From: an uncultured bacterium
GTDB lineage: Bacteria; Fidelibacterota; Marinisomatia; Marinisomatales; AB-629-J13
Direction: 5' to 3'
Length of the DNA: 54,116 bases
NCBI GenBank assembly: GCA_964518835.1
Contig: CAZFKU010000003.1
Location: forward strand, 1 to 54,116
In this document: one piece after another, positions 10,518 through 18,724 of the stretch
Numbering within the stretch: position 1 is the stretch's first letter
How the letters are laid out: the number at the start of each line of letters is the position of its first letter
Notes under the pieces: generated by a model
Databases searched by the model: none
Told to the model about the DNA's origin: nothing
Seen by the model: the letters and a program-made list of their open reading frames with translations, nothing else
Made by a program: the position numbers and the translations under genes

Positions 10518-11191
10518 TGCTGTTTTTCTCCCAGCGAATCCCTATGATTTGTCTAATTTGTGTGGCAGGTTTGTTTTTGATAAATAGTATTTTGATCTGT
10601 TTTTATTCCCCCATGATAGCTGACCAACATTGGGCTCAAAAAATATTTTATTTACATGTTCCTTCAGCCTGGACTGCTTTTCTATCTTATTTTATTGTGA
10701 TGGCAGCAGGGATTTTATTTTTATTGAAAAATCAAAGAAGATGGGATCGTTTAGGATTGGCAGCTGCCGAAATCGGGACTTTGTTTACCGCACTGGTTTT
10801 AATAACAGGTCCCATATGGGCAAATCCGGTTTGGGGCAAAGCATGGAGCTGGGAACCTCGCCTAACCACAACATTAATCCTGTTTTTAATTTATGTGGGA
10901 TATTTTATGATTCGTTCTTTTGGAGGAACCCCTGAAAAAGTATCTCGTATTTCGGCAGTATTAGGAATTATTGCTTTTGCAGATGTTCCTATCATTTATT
11001 TTGCAGTGGACATGTGGGCGTCAGAATTCCAATCTCATCCTCCAAGAACTGTTGTTGCTCAATCGGAAACAACTATTCAGTTATTGTTTTTGTATTCATT
11101 ATTTACCTTCACCTGCTTGTATTTTTTAATGTTGCTGTTCCGAACACATGTAATAAAACTGGGAGAAAGATTTCAACATCATGATATATAA
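10514..11191 (+). CDS. ccmC: Heme exporter/heme-handling protein CcmC
   Basis: 225-aa membrane protein with the W-rich motif WGKAWSWEPRLTTTL and conserved His-containing loops. Confidence 0.88.
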   Translation: MMLFFSQRIPMICLICVAGLFLINSILICFYSPMIADQHWAQKIFYLHVPSAWTAFLSYFIVMAAGILFLLKNQRRWDRLGLAAAEIGTLFTALVLITGPIWANPVWGKAWSWEPRLTTTLILFLIYVGYFMIRSFGGTPEKVSRISAVLGIIAFADVPIIYFAVDMWASEFQSHPPRTVVAQSETTIQLLFLYSLFTFTCLYFLMLLFRTHVIKLGERFQHHDI

Positions 11192-11315
11192 TTTCTTTTT
11201 TAACTTTATCGCTTCTTTAATAATAATAATCTTATTTATTATTGGATGGTTTTTATTTCAATTAAGAAAAGAAAATTTTTTTATTTCAAGATCCTCAGGT
11301 TCGAATAGGGAGTAA
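11181..11315 (+). CDS. ccmD: Candidate heme exporter protein CcmD (44-aa single-TM ORF, below the ORF-track length cut-off)
   Basis: The ATG at 11181 overlaps the last 11 nt of ccmC. Translation: MIYNFFFNFIASLIIIILFIIGWFLFQLRKENFFISRSSGSNRE, stop TAA at 11313..11315. A hydrophobic helix followed by a basic tail, in the canonical ccmD position. It fills most of an otherwise empty 128-nt gap. Confidence 0.4.
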   Translation: MIYNFFFNFIASLIIIILFIIGWFLFQLRKENFFISRSSGSNRE

Positions 11316-11319
11316 CTAA

Positions 11320-12384
11320 ATGAAGCGAAAGAATGTTCATATCGTTGGAACCGGTACGATTGGTGAACCACTCATTGGACTTTTATGTGATTATCGTGAT
11401 CAGCTTGGGATTGACGATGTGACATTTCACAAGAATACTCCCCTTATCTCAGATAAATCAAAGGTTATTGATTTAGTCCGCCGGGGAGCTAGATTGGCGG
11501 TTGATGAAAACAAATCCAATTCATTTAAAGAAATGGGGATGGAAGCTGATTTTGAAACGGAAGAAGCTATAAAACGGGCATCGGTTGTCATAGATTGTAC
11601 TCCCAAAGGGATCGGACATAAGAATAAAGAAAAATATTATTCAAAATTCAGTGATAGTGTAAGCGGTTTTTTAGCTCAGGGAAGTGAGGATGGATTTGGT
11701 AAAAAATATGCTCATGGAATTAATGATGAGGCATTGATTCAGGGGGATCAATTTATTCAAATCGTATCCTGTAATACTCACAATTTGTCATGTATTACCA
11801 ATACTTTAGCTGTGAATAATGATCCGGATAATCTAAAGGAAGGGATTTTTGTGTGTGTTCGCCGAGCCACTGATATAAGTCAGGCTGGCGGATTTATTCC
11901 TGCTCCACAGGTAGGAAAACATAGTGATCTGATTTATGGATCACACCATGCAGCAGATGCCGCTGGACTTTTCAGCACTTTGGATATGGATTTGAATTTA
12001 TTTTCATCAGCCATGAAGGTTAACAGTCAATATATGCATGTGGTGTGGTTTCATTTGAGAGTGAAAGAACCTACAACCATGAATGAAGTCATGGATAAAC
12101 TCGAAAAAAATCCTTTAGTTGCCTTAACTGAAAAAGACATGACCAGTACGGTTTTTTCGTTCGGAAGAGATCATGGTCATTACGGAAGAATTTTGAATCA
12201 AACTGTGGTCGTGACGCAAACTCTTAATGTAAGAAATAACAATGAGATTACGGGTTTTTGTTTTACTCCTCAGGATGGGAATTCTCTCCTAAGCAGTATG
12301 GCGGCTACAGAATGGTTTCTGTATCCACGGTCTTATGAAGATAAAATTAAGTGCATGTCTGAATTTTATTATGACTGGATTTAA
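11320..12384 (+). CDS. Type II (archaeal-type) glyceraldehyde-3-phosphate dehydrogenase homologue
   Basis: 354 aa. Rossmann N-terminus VHIVGTGTIGEP. VIDCTPKGIGHKNKEKY, catalytic IVSCNTHNL (Cys151, nt 11770..11772), VRRATD and GSHHAADA align by eye with archaeal GAPDH motifs VIDCTPEGIG, VVSCNTTGL, VRRGADP and PSHHGPDV. Confidence 0.65.
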   Translation: MKRKNVHIVGTGTIGEPLIGLLCDYRDQLGIDDVTFHKNTPLISDKSKVIDLVRRGARLAVDENKSNSFKEMGMEADFETEEAIKRASVVIDCTPKGIGHKNKEKYYSKFSDSVSGFLAQGSEDGFGKKYAHGINDEALIQGDQFIQIVSCNTHNLSCITNTLAVNNDPDNLKEGIFVCVRRATDISQAGGFIPAPQVGKHSDLIYGSHHAADAAGLFSTLDMDLNLFSSAMKVNSQYMHVVWFHLRVKEPTTMNEVMDKLEKNPLVALTEKDMTSTVFSFGRDHGHYGRILNQTVVVTQTLNVRNNNEITGFCFTPQDGNSLLSSMAATEWFLYPRSYEDKIKCMSEFYYDWI

Positions 12385-12408
12385 TGTTTTTTTAATGTTT
12401 GTTGTTTT

Positions 12409-13047
12409 TTGAACATTGCTGTTGATTTCATCACTGTCGGACCATTTCAGGAAAATACATTTATTCTATGGGATAAGGAGTCAAACTCTGCGCTCTTAGT
12501 TGATCCCGGGGATGAACCGGGTGAGATCATTTCAAAAATTAAGAGACTGGATCTTGATCCTGTTGGGATTATAAATACACATGCCCATTTAGATCATGTG
12601 GGAGCTGTTTCTAAAATAAAAGAAGAGTATTCAATTCCATTTTATCTGAATAAAAACGAAAAACAGATTCTGGAACATTATCCTGAAATGTGCCGTATGT
12701 TTGGAATCAATCCGAATAAAATTCCAACTGTGGATCATTGGATTTCTGGAGACGGAGAAATGAAAATTGACGATTTTATCATTACGTATTTAGAAACTCC
12801 GGGGCATACACCCGGTGGAACTACCTATATGATTGATGGACATTGTTTTTGCGGAGATTCATTATTTGCGGGATCCATTGGCAGAACGGATCTCCCCGGT
12901 GGAAATTTCACTACCTTGATGAATTCGTTGGAGAAATTGAAAGATGAATTGAACCATGATTGGGTAATTCATCCCGGGCATGGACCCAAAACCTCCATGC
13001 GGTATGAACTGAAACACAACCCGTTTTTAGATTTACTTAATTGTTAA
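12409..13047 (+). CDS. MBL-fold metallo-hydrolase (glyoxalase II-like)
   Basis: 212 aa with a TTG start. THAHLDHVG (HxHxDH) metal-binding motif, GHTPG, later His/Asp ligands. Confidence 0.8.
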   Translation: MNIAVDFITVGPFQENTFILWDKESNSALLVDPGDEPGEIISKIKRLDLDPVGIINTHAHLDHVGAVSKIKEEYSIPFYLNKNEKQILEHYPEMCRMFGINPNKIPTVDHWISGDGEMKIDDFIITYLETPGHTPGGTTYMIDGHCFCGDSLFAGSIGRTDLPGGNFTTLMNSLEKLKDELNHDWVIHPGHGPKTSMRYELKHNPFLDLLNC

Positions 13048-13071
13048 GCTCAATTTTTGAATTCAAGAAAA

Positions 13072-14439
13072 ATGAACAATTTAGAAGAGCAATTTAAGAA
13101 TAATTCCGAAATTCGGGAATTGATACCGTCTAGTTCACATTTGATCATCGCTATTTCGGGCGGAATGGATTCCGTTATTCTGGCTCACATATTATTGAAT
13201 ATCCAGCACAGATTCAATTACCAATTAACAATGGCTCATGTGAATCATAAGTTGAGAGAAAATGCGGACAAGGATATGAAATTTGTCAAGGAGCTTTCCC
13301 GGAAATGGGATCTTTCATATGAAATGGTCTGTTTAGATCCGCAAACAAGAAGACCAAATGAAAGTGTGGAAGCATGGGCACGAAAATATCGGTATGAAGC
13401 ACTCGAAAAGATTCGTTCAGAGGTAAATGGAGATTTTATTCTTACTGCTCACCATAAAACCGATCAGGCAGAAACAATTTTAATGCGTTTGGCACAAGGG
13501 ACAGGAGGGAAAGGATTTAAGGGAATCCATCGGGAAACGGGTCGAATTCGAAGACCTTTACTTAATTTTACAAAAAAAGAATTAATGGATTATGCAGGAA
13601 AACATAATTTATCTTATGTCGAAGATGAAACGAATTCAGATATATCCATACCAAGAAATTTCATCAGGCATAACATTCTTTCTCCATGGATTCTACAGGA
13701 TCATCATGTGGAAAAAGGCATTGTAAGAACAGGGAGTCATATCACTGAACTTGTAGATTCTGCTATCTTCACTGTTGATTATTTTTATAAAAAACTTGTC
13801 CGTTGGGATGGAGAAACAGAAGAAAGAATACTTTTGAAAAATGAAATGGTTTCCCTTCCCCTTTATATTCAACTTGAGTTGTTAAAAAAATGTATGGATT
13901 TATCTATAACCCAGTGGAGACGAGATGACTGGATTACCTTAAAATCTTTTTTGGTGAATTCTGAAACTGGTGATGTATTTTCGAGTGAGTCCGGGTGGGA
14001 CATTTTAAATAACCGGAATGAATGGATTGTATTTAAAAAGGAAAGAATAAGTAAGGTTTTATATGAAATTAATTTGGACGGAAATACATTGTGTGGAAAT
14101 CTTATATTTAACTGGGAATGGGTATCCACTCCTTCAAAGGTGATAAATGAGACCAGAAACAGTGAATTTATAGATGGTGGGAAAATTCAAAATAAAAAGT
14201 TATTTTTGAGACATTGGAAAAAAGGAGATCGATTTCAACCTTTAGGAATGAAGGGTTGGAAGAAAGTGAGTGATTTTTTGATTGACGAGAAAGTAAATCT
14301 TCACCTGAAAAATAAGCAATTGGTGCTAACAGCAGATGAAAAAATTGTATGGGTGTGCGGACATCGAATCAGCGATTGGGTGAAGGTAACTCCTGAAACT
14401 AGTAAACCTGCAAAAATTTCATTAAATTTACCCCAATGA
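13072..14439 (+). CDS. tilS: tRNA(Ile)-lysidine synthase
   Basis: PP-loop SGGMDS, HVNHKLR, C-terminal TilS substrate-binding domain (DGGKIQ..RHWKKGDRFQPLGM). Start set at ATG 13072; the ORF track uses TTG 13057, which is also possible. Confidence 0.88.
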   Translation: MNNLEEQFKNNSEIRELIPSSSHLIIAISGGMDSVILAHILLNIQHRFNYQLTMAHVNHKLRENADKDMKFVKELSRKWDLSYEMVCLDPQTRRPNESVEAWARKYRYEALEKIRSEVNGDFILTAHHKTDQAETILMRLAQGTGGKGFKGIHRETGRIRRPLLNFTKKELMDYAGKHNLSYVEDETNSDISIPRNFIRHNILSPWILQDHHVEKGIVRTGSHITELVDSAIFTVDYFYKKLVRWDGETEERILLKNEMVSLPLYIQLELLKKCMDLSITQWRRDDWITLKSFLVNSETGDVFSSESGWDILNNRNEWIVFKKERISKVLYEINLDGNTLCGNLIFNWEWVSTPSKVINETRNSEFIDGGKIQNKKLFLRHWKKGDRFQPLGMKGWKKVSDFLIDEKVNLHLKNKQLVLTADEKIVWVCGHRISDWVKVTPETSKPAKISLNLPQ

Positions 14440-14981
14440 AAATTGAAAAAATGTACGGATATAATCTGGTTCCCATTTATAATCAGAAACAAATCAGGGA
14501 CAGGGTTAAAGAATTAGGGAATGAATTATCCAAACAATTTCAGGACGAAATACCGATCTTTATTGGAGTGTTAAACGGAAGTTTCGTTTTTTTAGCGGAT
14601 TTATTAAGAGAGTTAACCATAGATTGTGAAATGGATTTCATTAAGTTATCCAGTTATGAAAAAACTGTTTCCACCGGTACAGTACATCTATTGAAAGATA
14701 TTTCAGCAGATATTACTGGAAGACATGTGGTCATTGTTGAAGATATCATAGATTCAGGATTGACAATCCGGTTTTTAAAAAACAGATTGGAAGGTGCAGA
14801 CCCTCTATCAATTACTACAGTCTCATTGCTATTGAAACCGGAGGTAGCACAATTGGATTTTTCAATAGATTTTATTGGATTTGAAATTCCCAGTAATTAT
14901 GTTGTAGGTTACGGATTGGATATGAATCAAAAACTGCGCCATCTTCCTGGGATCTACAGAATTGAGAATGGATCATTATGA
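14436..14981 (+). CDS. hpt: Hypoxanthine phosphoribosyltransferase
   Basis: 181 aa. PRPP-binding VVIVEDIIDSGLT, C-terminal VGYGLD. ATGA overlaps on both sides (tilS, ftsH). Confidence 0.9.
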   Translation: MKIEKMYGYNLVPIYNQKQIRDRVKELGNELSKQFQDEIPIFIGVLNGSFVFLADLLRELTIDCEMDFIKLSSYEKTVSTGTVHLLKDISADITGRHVVIVEDIIDSGLTIRFLKNRLEGADPLSITTVSLLLKPEVAQLDFSIDFIGFEIPSNYVVGYGLDMNQKLRHLPGIYRIENGSL

Positions 14982-17050
14982 TGAAAAAGGATAACAGAAA
15001 AAACATTAAGTTCGGAAGAAATTATAAAAAACAGGATAAGAAATCTTCAATGAAGAATTCTGATAAAAAACAGAATAAATTTGATCAGCAGGGTTTCCAA
15101 TGGAAACGGGCAGGAAAAACATCTTTAATATGGATTATGATTATTTCAGTTGCTATTTATTTGTCCGGTATGTTTACGGAAAATTCCCAAAATGAACCAG
15201 TATTACAATTTTCACAATACAGGGAATTTTTACAAAACCGACAAATTGCTGAGGGAACATTTGTTGATAACACCTTTCATGGATCATTTAAAACACCACA
15301 ATCCATATTGACTGAATTTGGTACAAAAGATAATGTAATGAAATTTCAGGTTATACTTCCTTTCATTGATCAGAACGTAATGGATGAATGGGAAGAGTAC
15401 GGTGTAGATTACAGCTTTAAGGAAGAAAGTATAGATTGGACTGGGTATCTAATGAATATGCTGCCTTGGCTTTTGTTGATTGCATTTTGGATTTTTATCA
15501 TGCGTCGTATGCAGGGCGGTGCAGGCGGGATGAATAACGTATTTAATTTTGGGAAAAGCCGTGCTAAAATTTGGGATAACAATATGGAAAAGGTGACCTT
15601 TAATGATGTTGCCGGCTGCGTGGAAGCCAAAGAAGAATTAAAAGAGGTCATTGAATTTTTAAAGCATCCAAAACGATTCCGGAAATTGGGAGCAAAGATT
15701 CCAAAAGGAGTACTGCTTGTAGGTCCGCCGGGAACAGGTAAAACATTATTGGCACGGGCAGTAGCGGGTCAGGCCAATGTTCCATTTTTTAGTTTAAGCG
15801 GCGCAGATTTCGTGGAAATGTTTGTCGGTGTAGGTGCATCCAGAGTAAGAGATTTGTTTAAGCAAGGGAAAAAGGAATCCCCATGTATTATTTTTATTGA
15901 TGAATTGGATGCTGTCGGGAGACAGAGGGGTGCAGGATTAGGCGGTGGTCATGATGAAAGAGAACAAACCCTGAATCAATTACTGGTTGAATTAGACGGA
16001 TTCGAAAACAATCAGAACATCATTGTCATGTCTGCAACGAATCGCCCGGATGTGCTGGATTCTGCCCTCTTGAGACCGGGAAGGTTTGATCGTCAAATCG
16101 TTGTAGATGTTCCTGACGTTAGAGGCAGGACGGGAATATTAAAAGTCCATGCAAAAAATATCTTATTGAATAAAAGAAAGGTTAAACTGGAAACCATCGC
16201 AAAAGGTACACCAGGAATGGTCGGTGCAGATTTAGCAAATATTGTGAATGAAGCAGCATTGCTTGCAGCACGAAAAAGAAAACGAGCTGTAGATATGGAA
16301 GATTTTGAAGAAGCAATTGATAAGGTTATGATGGGAGTTCAGCGGAAAAGCATGATCCTGACAGAAGAGGAGAAAAAAGTTACAGCCTATCACGAAGCGG
16401 GTCATGCCTTGGTTGCACTCAGGACGGAAGGAGCTGATCCTGTACATAAAGTGACTATCATTCCCCGGGGCAGGGCATTGGGATTGACAATGCAGCTTCC
16501 CTTGGATGAAAAACACGGTTATTCCAGAAAGTATATTGAGGGGAGATTAGGAATTATGATGGGAGGTAGAGCTGCTGAAGAACTGGTTTTTAATGAGATG
16601 ACCACAGGAGCAGGAAATGATTTGGAAGAGGCAACAAAGATCGCCCGGAAAATGGTGTGTGAATGGGGGATGAGTGATGTTTTAGGACCCATGACATTCG
16701 GGAAGAAGAATGAGGAAATTTTCTTGGGAAGAGAAATCCAAACCCATAGGAATTTTAGTGAAGTAACAGCCAGAATGATTGATGAAGAAGTGGTACGATT
16801 TGTGAGAAAAGCACAAAAAGTAGCGAAAGATTTTCTGAAAGAAAATGAATCAATTTTGCATCGAATTGCCGGGGAGTTGCTTGAACATGAAACGATTGAT
16901 GAAAAGGATTTAAACCGGATTATGGATGGTAAAAAAGTGATTAGGCGCAAGGTAAGCCAACCTAAGAAAAAAAGAAAAAAAGTGAGTAATAAATCTTCGG
17001 TAAAATCCCAAAAACAACCTATTATAAAACCTGAAGCTGCACCAGCCTGA
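14978..17050 (+). CDS. ftsH: ATP-dependent zinc metalloprotease FtsH
   Basis: 690 aa. Walker A GPPGTGKT, Walker [12 protein letters not shown] region, zinc motif HEAGHA. Lys-rich N- and C-terminal extensions. Confidence 0.95.
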   Translation: MMKKDNRKNIKFGRNYKKQDKKSSMKNSDKKQNKFDQQGFQWKRAGKTSLIWIMIISVAIYLSGMFTENSQNEPVLQFSQYREFLQNRQIAEGTFVDNTFHGSFKTPQSILTEFGTKDNVMKFQVILPFIDQNVMDEWEEYGVDYSFKEESIDWTGYLMNMLPWLLLIAFWIFIMRRMQGGAGGMNNVFNFGKSRAKIWDNNMEKVTFNDVAGCVEAKEELKEVIEFLKHPKRFRKLGAKIPKGVLLVGPPGTGKTLLARAVAGQANVPFFSLSGADFVEMFVGVGASRVRDLFKQGKKESPCIIFIDELDAVGRQRGAGLGGGHDEREQTLNQLLVELDGFENNQNIIVMSATNRPDVLDSALLRPGRFDRQIVVDVPDVRGRTGILKVHAKNILLNKRKVKLETIAKGTPGMVGADLANIVNEAALLAARKRKRAVDMEDFEEAIDKVMMGVQRKSMILTEEEKKVTAYHEAGHALVALRTEGADPVHKVTIIPRGRALGLTMQLPLDEKHGYSRKYIEGRLGIMMGGRAAEELVFNEMTTGAGNDLEEATKIARKMVCEWGMSDVLGPMTFGKKNEEIFLGREIQTHRNFSEVTARMIDEEVVRFVRKAQKVAKDFLKENESILHRIAGELLEHETIDEKDLNRIMDGKKVIRRKVSQPKKKRKKVSNKSSVKSQKQPIIKPEAAPA

Positions 17051-17088
17051 CCGATCTAAAATCCAATATGATTTTAACCATTTATTGA

Positions 17089-17937
17089 ATGAGTGGTGAT
17101 CAATTCCGCAAATGGTTGGAACAGGCCAAACGGAATACTCTTATCATGGGTATTCTAAATGTTACACCGGATTCGTTTAGTGATGGTGGGCGGTTTAATG
17201 AGCTTGAAAAAGCGATATCCCAAGTTCAATTAATGGAGAAAAACGGTGCTGATATTATTGATATCGGTGGGGAATCTACACGCCCCGGAGCTGTTCCGGT
17301 TTCTGTGGATGAAGAAATAAACCGTACTGTTCCGGTCATTGAAGAGATACGAAAAATTTCCAGCATAACGATTTCTATAGATACCTATAAATCAAAGGTT
17401 GCTAAAATGGCTCTGTCAGCTGGTGCTGATTTTGTGAATGATATCAGCGGATTAACCTTTGATGAAGGAATGATCAATACTGTGAAGGAATTTGAGGTAC
17501 CTGTTGTGATAATGCATATTCAGGGAACACCATTAAATATGCAGAAAAATACAACCTATAATGATGTGGTAAAAGACCTGCTTCATTTTTTTTCAATCCA
17601 GATACAAAAAGCACTGGATTTTGGAATTAATTTTGAAAATATCATCATTGATCCGGGAATAGGATTTGGAAAACGTCCACATGATAATTTTACTTTAATC
17701 CGCCGGTTAAAAGAATTATCCGTTTTAGGATGTCCCATACTCATCGGACCATCCAGAAAATCCTTCATTGGCCTCTCCCTAGATCTACCTCCGGATGAAA
17801 GGATGGAGGGAACTCTTGCAACAGTTACAGCAAGTATTTTAAATGGTGCTTCTATTGTCCGTGTTCATGATGTGAATGAAGTAAAACGTACAGTTATTAT
17901 CACTGAAAAAATCCTCAATACCGGGACTGCAAGATGA
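17089..17937 (+). CDS. folP: Dihydropteroate synthase
   Basis: 282 aa. GILNVTPDSFSDGG, DIGGESTRPG and IIDPGIGFGK are pterin-binding domain motifs. Confidence 0.92.
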   Translation: MSGDQFRKWLEQAKRNTLIMGILNVTPDSFSDGGRFNELEKAISQVQLMEKNGADIIDIGGESTRPGAVPVSVDEEINRTVPVIEEIRKISSITISIDTYKSKVAKMALSAGADFVNDISGLTFDEGMINTVKEFEVPVVIMHIQGTPLNMQKNTTYNDVVKDLLHFFSIQIQKALDFGINFENIIIDPGIGFGKRPHDNFTLIRRLKELSVLGCPILIGPSRKSFIGLSLDLPPDERMEGTLATVTASILNGASIVRVHDVNEVKRTVIITEKILNTGTAR

Positions 17938-18710
17938 CATTGTTTAAAATAGGGTTCCTGACATTTACTCTTGTTGATGTCGTAGATTTGCTGTTGGTAA
18001 GCTGGATATTTTATACAGTTTATCAATATTTTAAAGGGACAAGGGCAGGGCAAATGTTAGTAGGATTAATTATTTTGCTCATTGCTTCTTTTCTTTTTAA
18101 TGCATTTGGTTTTCGAGCTACATCCTGGTTAGTGAACCGGTTCCAGACAGTTTGGGTTGTGGCTTTTGTTATTTTATTTCAGCCTGAGATTAGACGATTA
18201 TTAATTTATGTCGGTCAGCACCGTTTTTTTCAAAAAATATTCAGGGTCGGGTCATCTCAAACTATTGAAGCATTGGTTCTTGCCACCAATGGATTGGTGG
18301 AAAAAAAGTGGGGTGCACTCATCGTTATACAGCGGGAAACGGGATTACGTTCATATAAAGAATCTGGAATACCCCTAAAAGCGGATGTGTCAACACCATT
18401 ATTATTAAGCATCTTTAATCCTGCCTCATCATTACATGACGGTGCTGTTATCATTCAGAATGATATCATTGAATCAGCAGGATGTATTTTACCTCTGAGT
18501 GAAAGTACGACCATAAGTCCGGAAATGGGAACAAGACATAGGGCTGGACTGGGATTATCCGAAGAAACAGATGCAATCATCATCGTGGTATCAGAAGAAA
18601 CTGGAAAGATTTCCATTGCGGAAGACGGAAAATTTCCCAATATAGGGATGGATGAAATGGAATTACGGAGATATTTAAATTCTGAAATGTTTATTTCATC
18701 AGGTGATTAA
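17934..18710 (+). CDS. cdaA: Diadenylate cyclase CdaA (c-di-AMP synthase, DAC domain)
   Basis: 258 aa. Three N-terminal TM helices, then the DAC motifs LHDGAVII and GTRHRAG..SEETDAIIIVVSEETGKISIA. Confidence 0.9.
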   Translation: MTLFKIGFLTFTLVDVVDLLLVSWIFYTVYQYFKGTRAGQMLVGLIILLIASFLFNAFGFRATSWLVNRFQTVWVVAFVILFQPEIRRLLIYVGQHRFFQKIFRVGSSQTIEALVLATNGLVEKKWGALIVIQRETGLRSYKESGIPLKADVSTPLLLSIFNPASSLHDGAVIIQNDIIESAGCILPLSESTTISPEMGTRHRAGLGLSEETDAIIIVVSEETGKISIAEDGKFPNIGMDEMELRRYLNSEMFISSGD

Positions 18711-18724
18711 TATTTTCCTTTTTC

